Below are positions 13,751-26,277 of a stretch of DNA of 64,000 nt, in pieces. Origin of the DNA: Octopus sinensis (Eukaryota); assembly GCF_006345805.1 (NCBI RefSeq), contig NC_043006.1:37262001-37326000 (forward strand), written 5' to 3'. The notes under the pieces were generated by a model. That model ran no database searches and had not been told where the DNA came from. It was given only the letters and a program-made list of their open reading frames with translations. Position numbers and translations under genes: made by a program. Position 1 is the stretch's first letter. Every line of letters starts with the position of its first letter.

Positions 13751-14062
13751 GCCGGACTAGTAGACCTCAAAGAAAACTCATTATCGCCCAACTTTTCTTC
13801 AACGCACCCACTGGATTCGCCTCCACCCCAGGTTGGGTGGGGGAAGTACCGCCTAATTTGGGAACAACCGGTTTAATTGTATTTCTTGACAATGTCCTTT
13901 TACAAGTTCATTTTTAGATCAGTTTATATACCTAGACATTTGTCTGGCTGGGATGGTAAATTATCGTAAAATTTCCTCACCAATTTCAGGTGGCGATTAA
14001 TTAATTAGGATCCGGCTTCAAAGAAGATTTAAGCTGCCAAAAAAGTGGAGACAGGAGGATCG

Positions 14063-14335
14063 TGCGCGGACAGGGTGCCGAATGCACTTTTGCCGAAGCA
14101 CAAGAAGTCAAACGGACACAATAAAAAAAAAAGACATTCCTACCTACATAGTTTAGTGACTAATACACCAATTTGGCACTTAAGATTTAACGAGATTAAA
14201 TTTTAATTTTCGTATATCTTTTCGGCATCTTGTCCGTTCGGCATTGTGTCCGTTCGGCAATGTGTCCGTTCAGCTTCTTGGTTTCAGCTTCTTGTCCTTA
14301 GGCAAAAGTGCGTTCGGCAGCCCGTCCGTGTACCC
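14063..14335. mobile_element. Foldback-type MITE with modular inverted termini
   Basis: cggacagggtgccgaatgcacttttgccgaagcacaagaag mirrors cttcttgtccttaggcaaaagtgcgttcggcagcccgtccg; internal ~15-bp tgtccgttcggca units. Confidence 0.7.
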
Positions 14336-14340
14336 TCTCA

Positions 14341-14382
<42 letters not shown>

Positions 14383-14819
14383 CATTATATACAAGTATTT
14401 GTTGTACGGATATTTTGTGGCAACACTTATCGCCGGATTGGTTCATTATCTTCAGTCAAGTTTTGTTTTAACAAAAAGAAACATCATTTTTCTTTTAAAA
14501 TTTCTCTGCTTAAAATAAAAAAAAAGAGGTGTATTCGTATAAATCTATTTCTTTTTATTATGAATAGTGAAATATATTTATGTATCCAATGACGAAACAT
14601 CCGGTTACGTTATAATCCAATTTCACAGCTATAACTTCTACTTAAGAATGAAAAACAAACAACGTTACTCAAACAACGTTCACGATGACTGCCACTGCTT
14701 ACGTTAATGCGATTTCTATGACTGGCTCCGTCACTAACAACAAAGGCACCAACATCGATATCAATACACCCACAGCGATGAAGGATATAGCCACACCTAA
14801 AGGCGTAAATGTGTGCATG

Positions 14820-14879
<60 letters not shown>

Positions 14880-15359
14880 TTCATAGAAACAGCAATAGTT
14901 CGCTAGCACAGACTTGTTTTTCACACAAAAAATGGTGTCTATTTACATTCTTACATACATACACGTACACGCACACACATAATACATACATAGTGCACAC
15001 ATGCACACATGCATACATGCACACATGCATACGTGCATACATACAAAAGTATGTACTTATACACACACATACATCCATACATGTATTGTTGCATACATAC
15101 GTATGCACATTGATTCTTAAATACACAAGCGATAGCCATACGACCAAATACACACACACATACACGCGCGCTCAAACACACGCGCGCTCAAACACACGCA
15201 CGCACACACACACATACATAAATATACGCTTCCCCATCCACACACACACACACACACACACACACATTGGTTAAAAAGCATTTATGAAGCAGATGTTTTT
15301 CTAAAGATTAATTTTCTTTAAAATTATTTTCGTGGTTGTTGTTGTTGGTGGCGATGATG

Positions 15360-15798
15360 GTGTTGGTGGAGGCGATGGTGTGGATGGGGTAATGGTGTTG
15401 GAGGAGGTGATGGTGATGGTGTTGGTGGAGGCGATGGTGTGGATGGGGTAATGGTGTTGGAGGAGGTGATGGTGTTGGTGGAGGCGATGGTGTGGATGGG
15501 GTAATGGTGTTGGAGGAGGTGATGGTGTTGGTGGAGGCGATGGTGTGGATGGGGTAATGGTGTTGGAGGAGGTGATGGTGTTGGTGGAGGCGATGGTGTG
15601 GATGGGGTAATGGTGTTGGAGGAGGTGATGGTGTTGGTGGAGGCGATGGTGTGGATGGGGTAATGGTGTTGGAGAAGGTGATGGTGTTGGTGGAGGCGAT
15701 GGTGTGGATGGGGTAATGGTGTTGGAGGAGGTGATGGTGTTGGTGGAGGCGATGGTGTGGATGGGGTAATGGTGTTGGAGGAGGTGATGGTGTTGGTG
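15360..15798. repeat. G-rich minisatellite, 53-bp unit x ~8
   Basis: Unit ggtgttggtggaggcgatggtgtggatggggtaatggtgttggaggaggtgat; the marker C recurs at 15432, 15485, 15538, 15591, 15644, 15697 and 15750. Confidence 0.95.
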
Positions 15799-16079
15799 AA
15801 AGTGGCGTTGTGGGTGGTATTTTTGTATTTGAGGAGCTGTTGATGTAATTAGTGTTGTCAGTGCTGTCTGGGAAGTTTCCTGGGGTGGGGGTAGGGCTTA
15901 CGGGCTTAAGGACCCATTTCTAGTTTATGTTGTGATTTGGTGTCAGTATATAAATACTACAGGACCCAATGCTTTCATTTGCCCCGGATCATATATTGCT
16001 ACTAGGACGACCCTGGGTCTTGCGCTCATAGATCAGTGATAGGAAAACCTTTTTATTTTTAATATCAAAAGCCGAAGTG

Positions 16080-16290
16080 AGGCGATGAGCTGGCAGAACC
16101 GTTAACATGCTGGGGAAAATGCTTAATGGCATTTCGTCCGTCTTTATGTTCTGAGTTCAAATTCCACCCTTGTCGACTTTTTTTATTCTTTCGGGGTCAA
16201 TAAAATAAGCACCAGTTGAGCACCGGGGTTGATATAATCGATATAACTCCACCCCTAAAATTGCTGGCCTTGTGCCAAATTTTGAAATTA
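16080..16290 (+). mobile_element. SINE family B (inverted partner at ~16480-16645)
   Basis: gagctggcagaaccgttaac...gttctgagttcaaattccacc...ctttcggggtcaataaaataagcaccag. Confidence 0.8.
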
Positions 16291-16780
16291 ATATCCTGGG
16301 CTGAACTTTATGTGCATAAGGAAATTTCCGTCGAGAATGCAACTCTACCGAGGAAAGCAATGAATCTTTAAATTTACATATTAATTAGTATGTGTAATAA
16401 TCTTTGGATTCATAAGACCGTTTACTCGGTTTCCATGGAAATCACAATATTCTCTCTGAAAGGAACGCCGACCCTTTGCAGTATTCAGGGCCAGCAATTT
16501 TTGAGTGGAGGGGAGAAAGTCGGTTCCAGCTACCTTGGTACAAAGCTGAGATATACCGGACTTGAACTCTGGACATAAGGAGCCGGAAGAAATGCCGTTA
16601 GGCATTTTGTCGATGCGCGAATGATTCTACCAGCTTGCTGCCTTAGCTAGTATGTCACGGGGTCACGGTGTCGAGCAGTCTATCGCTGGTCACAATGCGC
16701 TTCACATTGTTTTAGCTTTCGAATGACGCCACACTCGCCGGCTAGGTGAGCAAGCTAACATTGCCATGATCGGCAGGCTT

Positions 16781-17192
16781 TTAGTTAGTTAGTTAGTTAG
16801 TTAATTTGGCTCAAAAGCAAATAGCAAGGCCATGTAGGGGGACATGGAGTTAAGTACAGGGTGGTGTTCATGTAAAGAGTTCAGGCCACTTGAGGTCCAG
16901 GGAGGCTTTGAACAAAGCGGTCGTCGGCATCTTCACCATCTCGTCTGGCAGCTTGTTCCACGGATCCGCAACCCGGACGGAGAAATCTCCTCTCCTTCGA
17001 TTGAGATGAAATCGTCGCAGGTAGAGCTTTTCGGAATGACCCCGCAGCCGACGCTCCGGAGCAGGAGTGAAGAACAGCTCTTTTGAGAGGTTACACTTCC
17101 CGCTTATGATGTTGTGGGCGAGAATGAGATCACCACGGCGGCGGCGTTTTTCAAGAGAATAAAGGTCGAGCGTCCTCAGCCTTTCTTCGTAC
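16781..17192 (-). mobile_element. 5'-truncated CR1-clade LINE 3' end with (TAAC)n tail
   Basis: Open frame YEERLRTLDLYSLEKRRRRGDLI...RLRGHSEKL...RRGDFSVRVADPWNKLP...FKASLD (CR1 ORF2 C-terminus), short 3' UTR and (taac)5 tail; sits inside a minus-strand SINE (head at 17215-17350). Confidence 0.9.
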
Positions 17193-17812
17193 CGTCGCAG
17201 GGGCGACCCATTTGCACTTGAGTGGAGAGAAACAACTTGAAATGTGAAATTAAGTGTTGTGATCAAGAACAAAATGCACCACCCGGCCCGGGAATCGAAA
17301 CTACAATCTAGCGATTGTGAGTGCAACACCCTAACCACTAGACCTCGAGCGTTACAACTAGTATATAACAGATATGGAATTAACAGTATGGCTGAAGTAA
17401 GACACCACAAAAAAAGAAATGCGGTAAACGGAGATTATCAAGACGATTAGTACACAAAATCTCCCTCTAGGGATACATTTTGGCTTTAAGACTTAAACGA
17501 CTTTTTATTGTTTTCGTATTTGGTCTGCAAGATCCGTGACGTGAACTCGTGTGTTGAAATATATTTTGTTGTATCTCGGGAGGGTTATTATTCCAATAAT
17601 AAACACATGCATTGGCTCTATTTCACTTCTTAATTATTATTTCTCAATTAGTCAATATTTCAAATAACTAACTGAATTTTTAATTAATCTTTCGGTTTAG
17701 TGAATCGATCTGTCATTCGCTACTTCATCAATGGCATGTCCTCTCTGCTCCACGTTTTTTCAGATCTCAAAATAATAATGATTCAATAGCTCATAAACTT
17801 GCAGTAAGTTCC

Positions 17813-18230
17813 AAGGGTGGCAAGCTGGCAGTTACGTTAGCATGCCGGGCGAAATGCTTAGCGGTATTTCTTCAGTTGCTACGTTCTGACTTCAAATTCT
17901 GCCGAAGTTGACTTTGCCTTTCATCCTTTCGGAGTCGATTAAATAAGTACCAGTTACGCACTGGGGTCGATATAATCGACTTAATCCGTTTGTCTGTCCT
18001 TGTTTGTCCCCTCTGTGTGTAGCCCCTTGTGGGCAGTAAAGAAATAGATATTTCGCCTGCCGCTACGTTCTGAGTTCAAATTCCGCCGAGGTCGACTATG
18101 CTTTTCATTCTTTCGGGGTCGATTAAATAAGTTACGTACTGGGGTCGATCTAATCGACTTAATCTCTTTGTCTTTGTTTGCCTCCTCTTTGTTTAGCCTC
18201 CCCTGTGAGCAATAAAGAGATAAATAATAA
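17813..18230 (+). mobile_element. SINE family B tandem dimer
   Basis: Full head at ~17815; second headless unit starts at the junction aagaaatagatatttcgcctgccgctacg (~18045). Confidence 0.9.
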
Positions 18231-18420
18231 TAGTTTCTAACACAACCACACAAGGCCTGAAATTTATGGGTAGAGGTCAATCGACTTAAACGGCAACGCG
18301 CACGCGCACACACCCTTACACATTTAAGCAATACTTTCCGAAGTATCAACTACTTTATTTAGTATACGAACAAGCATGTAAGTAACAAAAACTATATTGT
18401 TTTATGTGTGTGCGTGCGTG

Positions 18421-18479
<59 letters not shown>

Positions 18480-18504
18480 TACATACATACATATATATTT
18501 TTTC

Positions 18505-18713
18505 TCTTTTACTTGTTTCAGTCATTTGACTGCGGCCATGCTAGAGCACTGACTTTAGTCGAGCAAATCGACCCCGGGACTTATTCTTTGGAAGCCCAGT
18601 ACTTATTCTATCGTTCTCTTTTGCCGAACCGCTAAGTTACGGGGACGTAAACACACCAGCATTGGTTGTCAAGCGATGTTGGGGGAACAAACACAGACAC
18701 ACACACACACCAT

Positions 18714-18762
<49 letters not shown>

Positions 18763-18920
18763 TATGACGAGCTTCTTTCAGTTTCCGACTGCCAAATCCA
18801 CTCACAAGGGTTTGGTCGGCCCGAGGCAATAGTAGAAGACACTTGCCCAAGGTGCTACGCAGTGGGACTGAACCCGGAACCATGTGGTTGGTAAGCAAGC
18901 TACTTACCACACAGCCACTC
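18505..18920 (-). mobile_element. SINE family A, full length
   Basis: All family blocks present with little decay. Confidence 0.9.
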
Positions 18921-19943
18921 ATACACACATACACACACACACACACCACACACACACATATATATATATATATACATACACACACACACGCATATGTATA
19001 TATATATATGTATATATATATATATACATACTTATACGTGCGATTGCGTATGCGTATATTTACATATTCTGATATGCTTTATGCATATTTCAAGTATATC
19101 CATATATACGCTCACGCAAACATGCACGCATGCACACTCACTCTCTCTTTCTTTCTCTCTTTCACTCACTCTCCCCCCTCTCTCTCTCACGCACACACAC
19201 GCACACACATACACACGCACACACAAATTTGTATGGATTTGTACGTACATAAATATGTAACATTCCTTCCCCCCATTTGTTCACTTCAATCTTTATTTGA
19301 TTTGCTGTGGAAGGGAAAAAAATGAAAAATAAAATAACAGCTTGAAACGCTTCTGGTCATTCGGTAAGAGCTAACAAAAAGGAATTGATTTAAGACGATC
19401 AGATTAAAGAACACTCAGTAGCCAGCAAACCACAAAATCTAAGCGAAAGCCAAAAGCGAAGTCGAAGTATTATCATCGGAAGTTATGCGACGCCATTAAG
19501 AAGCAGACGATAAAATACTATACTTCCATTCTGGCTTTTCTTAAAGTTATTTCATCGACTGCAGATATTTTTGTCAATATGAATAACACGAACAGTATTG
19601 ATATCTAAAGTAGGAAGAAGAAATGAGATTTATAGAGATGAGAAAATTAGACATTCTAAGTTTAAGTCCCAAGAGATTGCAACTAAAGTTAACAGTTGGA
19701 AGGACTTCTGTATAACAGTATCAACCATTATTTCTATGCTAGGTTTGATATATATATATATATATATATTTCAGAAATGCATGTTCATACGGACGTATAT
19801 ACATACGTACGTACATACATACATACCTACATACATGCATACATACATACATACATGCATACATACATACATACATACATACATACATACACACGCACAC
19901 ATACACATACATAATATAATATACACACACACGATATATATAT

Positions 19944-20002
<59 letters not shown>

Positions 20003-20296
20003 CACGTGTGTGTGTATGTGTTTATATATATAAATCTGTGTATATACGTGTGAATATATATATATATATATATAATATATAGATATATACACATACATAC
20101 ATACATACATACATACATACATACGGTCATACATACATACATACATACATACATACATACATACATACATACATACATACATACATACATACATGTATGA
20201 AGAAGGATCTCGCCCGAAACGTTTGATTTTCCACCTCCTGTGACAACTTCACTATACTGCTCTTGTCGATTTAAAATATGTATACGTATGTGTGTA

Positions 20297-20332
<36 letters not shown>

Positions 20333-20344
20333 TGTGTTCTTTTA

Positions 20345-20568
20345 TTGTTTTACTTATTTCAGTCATTTGACTGCGGCCATGCTGGAGCACCGCCTTTAGT
20401 CGAACAAACCAACATCATGACTTATTCTTTGTAAGCCTAGTACTTATTCTATTGGTCTATTTTGCCGAGCCACTAAGTTATAGGGACGTAAACACACCAA
20501 CATCGATTGTCAAGTGACAGTTGGGTGGGGGGAAAACATAAACCCGCAAATGCAAATATATATGTAAT

Positions 20569-20600
<32 letters not shown>

Positions 20601-20798
20601 ATATATATATATGATATATATATACCAGTCTATATATGACGGGCTTCTTTCAGTTTCTGTCTGCCAAATCCACTCACAAGGCTTGGTCGGCCCAAGGCTA
20701 CAGTAGAAGACACTTGCCCAAGAAGCCACGCAGTGGGACTGAACCCGGCAAACGTGGTTGGGAAGTAACCTTCTTACCACAGTCACGCCTGCGCCTGT
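20345..20798 (-). mobile_element. SINE family A, full length
   Basis: All family blocks present. Confidence 0.9.
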
Positions 20799-20878
20799 AC
20801 ATACATATATACATACATTTATATATGTATGTATCTATTTATGTATATGCATATATATGAGTGTGCTTATATATATAT

Positions 20879-20940
<62 letters not shown>

Positions 20941-21021
20941 ACAGACAGATGCATACGTACACCATAAAAAGTCAGGAGTTATGAGAGGTGAATAGATTTA
21001 TTTAACCGCTTGTCATTTTTA

Positions 21022-21174
21022 GGTTTATGGCTGTTTCACAGCCTTTTTTATGTAATAATAATTTCAGTGTATAATAGATTATGTTTTGAAGTCTGCACTA
21101 ATATGCATGCTATGCAATATAAATGTATATTTACAAATTAGTGCAGATTAAGAGAGCTAGCTCATCAGATTACC
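21022..21174 (-). ncRNA. Degenerate type-I hammerhead motif with long stem II insert (PLE-associated)
   Basis: Minus strand: CTGATGA GCTAGC...(~110 nt)...GGCTGT GAAAC AGCC ATA AACC; core intact, stems I and III eroded. A related half-copy lies at ~46190-46320. Confidence 0.4.
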
Positions 21175-21234
21175 AGGACATCATGGTGACCCCCAACTCT
21201 ATGATAGACACACGATTCTAAGGATCCTTATATT

Positions 21235-21885
21235 GCTTGCTTGCGCCTTGCTTTCTTCATGCTATTGCTTGTTCTCAGGTCAACCGTCACAGAGACGTCA
21301 TCACGCGTAGAGCCGACCAGGTCCATCTGTGCTCTCCAACCCTGGCGGTTCCATTCCACACCTCTGCATCCTCCAAGGTGACGTCGAACCTCTGGAGATC
21401 TTCGTTAATCACGCCCAGTCATCTGCTGCAGAGCCTGTCACGGGACCGCTTCCAGCTCGCAGCTGCTCCGTCGAATGCGAGTGATGCTCTGGTGGAGTCT
21501 GTTAGCTTCTTCGTCTACCTGGGCTCTACAGTCACCAACAATAGAAACCTGACACCGGAAATCAACCACAAATCTTGTCTGGCTACCCGGGCCATATACT
21601 CCCTATGAAAGTCCCTTTGGCGTCACTGCTCTATCTCCCGGAACACGAAGCTCCGCATCTACAAAAAGCCGGTCCTCTGCGTTATCCATTATGGAGCAGA
21701 AACGTGGCCTCTCACGAAGACCCTGGCAAACAAGGATTAACGGCTTCGATAGCAGAGACCTGAGAACCATCGTTGATACCATCTGATGGTACCATTGTTT
21801 TTCCAACAAAGAACTACGTGTGCGCACTCATTAGCCAGCAGCCTCCCACCTCAGCACTCGCTGGTACGGACATGCTTCCTGCCAT
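21235..21885. mobile_element. RTE-clade LINE fragment with internal inversion
   Basis: Plus 21482-21885: VESVSFFVYLGS...ISRNTKLRIY...YGAETWPLTK...RWYGH. Minus 21481-21235: LAFDGAAASWKRSRDR...VINEDL followed by a (gcaa)n tail. Confidence 0.82.
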
Positions 21886-21905
21886 ATATTACACTAAAAT
21901 ATATA

Positions 21906-22050
21906 CAGGCGCAGGAGTGGAGGTGTGGTAAGTAGCTACCAATCACATGGCTTACAAAGAAAAAGTCCTGGGCTCGATTTACCCGACTAAAGGCGGTGCT
22001 CCAGCATGGCCGCAGTCAAATGACTGAAGCAAGTAAAAGAGTAAAAGAGA
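21906..22050 (+). mobile_element. Internally deleted SINE family A (head joined to tail)
   Basis: ggcgcaggagtgg..gtgtggtaagtagctaccaatcacatggc joined directly to ttacaaagaaaaagtcctggg...gactgaagcaagtaaaagag. Confidence 0.85.
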
Positions 22051-22099
22051 GAGTAGAGTATACATACAAAAATATATACATACAGAATATATATATATA

Positions 22100-22153
<54 letters not shown>

Positions 22154-22169
22154 GAATATAGATATATAC

Positions 22170-22202
<33 letters not shown>

Positions 22203-23026
22203 GAGGGAGAGGAGAGATTTATATATATATATACCCAAATATACATACACATTAACACTAATTTATATGGAACGATTGGGTATGAAAGAATGATAGCGTA
22301 TATTTAATCATATAAGTTGTTTACGAAAAGAAAAATTGTACGAATGCTTCAGTAGGTGGGCATGTACGTACGTTTGTGCTGGCATGTGTGTGTTTCCTGT
22401 AGTATGTGTGTATGTATGTGTGTGCGTGCGTGTGTGTGTGTGGTGCGCGTATGTGTGTGTGTGTGTGCATGCGTGTTTGTGCATGCGTGTGTACGTGTGT
22501 GTGTGTGTACATATCTACATATCTTTCTGCGCATGCATGTATGCAATTATCTATGTGTGTTTTGGTTTGTGTTTGCATGTGTATATGCACCTGTGTGCAT
22601 GTGTATCTAAATGTGTGTTTGTGTACGTGCATGTGTGCGTGTGTGTGTGTGAGAGAGAGTGTTTGTGTGCGCATGCGTGTCAGTACATATAGTTTTTACG
22701 TGCATTTAAAAACATTTGTATATGCAGTTTCTGGCTGTGTGCGTGTGTGACGTCTATAAGTACCAGTGTGTGTGTGTGTGTATGTATATGCATATATTAT
22801 GTGTATGTGTGGGTGGGTGTATTTTAGTGAACGGTACCATCAAAGAATTATTTCTTCTTCATTATCTCCAAGACACAGCAGACCAAAACTACCAATACCA
22901 TTCATAGTAAACATGGAATGAAAATATGAGATAGAAAATGGACAACATCCGCCATTGTTTACAACTTGTTACATTGTTTTTCTCTTCTTTTATTTTGCTA
23001 TTATTATTATTATTATTTATTATTAT

Positions 23027-23058
<32 letters not shown>

Positions 23059-23152
23059 GTAGTAGTAGTAGTAGTAATTGTGATACTGTTAATATTTTTA
23101 CTACTTTATAAGTATTCTTCTTCTCTTCTTCTTTCTTCTCTTCTTCTTCTTC

Positions 23153-23196
<44 letters not shown>

Positions 23197-23941
23197 GTTA
23201 TTATTATTATCTTTTCATATCTCCTATTTTTATATCCGTTTCTAAGACGCTGAGCTTGCGCGCACTCACACACACACACACACACACGCGCACTAAAATC
23301 CTGAAAAAGAAATTGCGCAAGTGTCTTCTACTATTGTTCCGGGCTGACAAATGCCTTGGAATGAGTTTAGTAGACAGAAACTCTGTGAAAGTCCATCCCG
23401 CGCGCGCGTGTATGTATATATATATATATATATATAACATCTATATATATGAGATAATATATAGATATTATATATATATATATATATATAATATATATAT
23501 ATTATCATATATATATATAGATTCTGGCTGGTGTCTGGCATATTGAAAGAGTACAGGGGGTTGAAGCGCACCTCCGATTTTGTTAAGTATGTCACTAGGA
23601 GAAGGTCACTCTAATGCAAAACCGGATATGCAGGGAATGGTATTGGACTATTAGGGGATCCTTATCTTACGCTTGAGATCATGACGCTTCGACATTTCTG
23701 ATCCTGCAACTCATATTGTCACTGGATATCTGGCCCTGGCTTATCTCTGTATCTTGTGAGCAGGGTCGAGAGGGTCTATTCAGCACAGGCAACGGTCAGA
23801 GATGAATTTCTCGGTCACTAGTGGGACAAACCATTACGTATGTATGTATGTATGTATGTATGTATGTAGGTAGTATGATGTATGTATGTATGTATGTATG
23901 TATGTATGATGTGTTGTATGTATGAGATTTATATAGATATA

Positions 23942-23981
<40 letters not shown>

Positions 23982-24126
23982 CAAAAAGCAATAAAGATTC
24001 AAGTTAATTAAATGAATTTACTTGAATATGGTACCTAAATTAGATGCACCAAAAAAAAACTAATGTTTTAACAATACAGTAATGTGGGGTGATTATAAGC
24101 GAGAAAGAAGCAACAAAAGGATAGGT

Positions 24127-24216
24127 TTTTAGTACAATCGTTTCATACAAGGACAGGCTTTATAAATGTTGCAAAAATTACAGCATATAAACGTGTCCCG
24201 TACTCATCAGCTAAAA
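24127..24216 (-). ncRNA. Type-I hammerhead ribozyme, intact core
   Basis: Reverse-complement copy of the 25584-25674 motif. Confidence 0.8.
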
Positions 24217-25583
24217 TACATGTGAGTTCTCTAGACATCCTAGTGGTTGAGGCTATACTCATGAAAGTAATGTAGATAATTAAGTAACATAAACAGATTT
24301 CCAAAGTTCATTAAGTTCTTTAAAGATGATGTACAGTCTTATCACAGAATTTTTAAAAAGTTTAATAGCATCAAGAGAAGGTGACCTAATCCATAGTCGC
24401 AATATGAATTTCCAGAGATATGAGGAGGGATTACATACTCACAGACGACAAATTTATCCATGTTAATCACAACGAGGTGGGTCTCAATTCCTGCTTATTA
24501 GCATTACAGAGAGGGTGAATTAATCCTTTGTATAGATGCACAATTTCCAATGGTGTAGATGTAAATTTCCAGAGAAATGAAGAGGAATTTCATATTCACA
24601 GGCGATAAATTTATCAGTGGTTGAACACAATGAGGTAGGTATCAATTCTTGTTATATGATTAGGTATTGCCACATTAATCACATTTACTGCTATTTACAA
24701 GAGGCTGTAGCTATTTAACTTTTAAAGGCTGAAGGGCTTACTAGAGATGCAAAGAACAGAAAGGGAAGGAAAAAGAAAAGAGAGAAAAAAAGGAGGAGGG
24801 AGCAAAAAGGGGGGAGGGGGACTAAAAGAGAAGAGAAAGAAAAAGAGAATAAGAAGAAGAAAAGAAAAAAAGAGAAAAGAGAAAAGAAATAGGGAAAAGA
24901 ATTTATACAGAAGAATTAGTAGACCGGCAAGTCTGGTTTTAATTTACAGGCATCTAGGAACTAGAGGAGAATATTATTCTTTGACCAGTAAAACAGTTTG
25001 CTCCCTCCTCCTTTATTTTCTCTCTTTTCTTTTCTTCCTTCCCTTTTCTGTTCTTTGCATCTCTAGTAAGCCCTTCAGCCTTTAAAAGTTAATAGCTACA
25101 GCCTTTGTAAATAGCAGTAATGTGATTAATGTGGCAAAACCTAATCATATAACAAGATTGATACCTACCTCATTGTGTTCAACCACTGAAAAATTTATCG
25201 CCTGTGAATATGAAATTCCTCTTCATTTCTTTGGAAATTTACATCTACACCATTGAAATTGTGCATCATACAAAGGATTAATTCACCCTCTCTGTAATGC
25301 TAATAAGCAGGAATTGAGACCCACCTCGTTGTGATTAACAATGGATAAATTTGTCGTATGTGAGTATGTAATCCCTCCTCATATATCTCTGGAATTATAT
25401 GTGCACTATGGATTAGGTCACCTTCTCTGTGATGTATTAAAACTTTTTAAAATTCTGTGATAAGATGTACATCATCTTTAAAGAACTTTAATGAACTTTG
25501 GAAATCTGTTTATGTTACTTAATTATCTACATTACTCATGAGTATAGCCTCAACCACTAGGATGTCTAGAGAACTCACATGTA

Positions 25584-25674
25584 TTTTAGCTGATGAGTAC
25601 GGGACACGTTTATATGCTGTAATTTTTGCAACATTTAATAAAGCCTGTCCTTGTATGAAACGATTGTACTAAAA
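25584..25674 (+). ncRNA. Type-I hammerhead ribozyme, intact core
   Basis: TTTTAG (stem I) CTGATGA GTACGGGACA...TGTCCTTGTAT (stem II) GAAAC GATT GTA^ CTAAAA (stem I'); stem III ACGATTGT is near-palindromic; predicted cleavage after 25668. Confidence 0.82.
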
Positions 25675-26213
25675 ACTATCCATTCTTGTGCTTCTTTCTC
25701 GCGTATATAATATATATATATAATATATAATATATCTATATATATATATATATTATATATAGATATACATACATACATATATAATATACCAGAATATAAT
25801 ATAATGCAAAGAAATTTACCATCCAACATGACTGTTTTCCCAAAAGTCAAATAAATCCAAGGGAGATAGCTATCCGAAAGATGTCATCCGAGAGTATCGC
25901 CCCTTTGTTTATTGTTTTCTTCACGGGAATATCCGCGAATTTAACGAGACTTTAAGTTTTTTTATACAAAATAGAGATGAACACTATTCCTCCATGTGAT
26001 CGGCTTGAAAATTTGAGATATTAAGATATTTTTCTTAACATGAAACCAGCAGTAGCTTTAATACACAAATAAAAAAATTCTATCCACCAATACAGTGTTA
26101 AACACTCATTCATCGTTCAACATTTACGATATATATATATATGCATGTATATATGTATATATATATATATATGCATGTATATATGTATATACTATATGCA
26201 TGTATATATGAAT

Positions 26214-26277
<64 letters not shown>

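Larger units (their letters stand above)
23981..25705. mobile_element. Penelope-like element 3' region with inverted pseudo-LTR (~700-bp inverted repeat)
   Basis: Arms ~24095-24806 and ~24997-25705 are near-exact reverse complements; each carries a hammerhead; flanked by (TA)-rich repeats; spacer reads LVKE*Y...CKLKPDL on the minus strand, resembling a GIY-YIG C-terminus. Confidence 0.75.

Noticed and set aside
15360-15798. Regular repeat array as possible CRISPR or Gly-rich coding region
   Set aside because: No unique spacers, 53-bp period breaks frame, eukaryotic context, no cas genes.
24747-25085. Lys/Arg-rich 112-aa ORF
   Set aside because: Arises from purine-rich low-complexity sequence at the centre of the inverted repeat.
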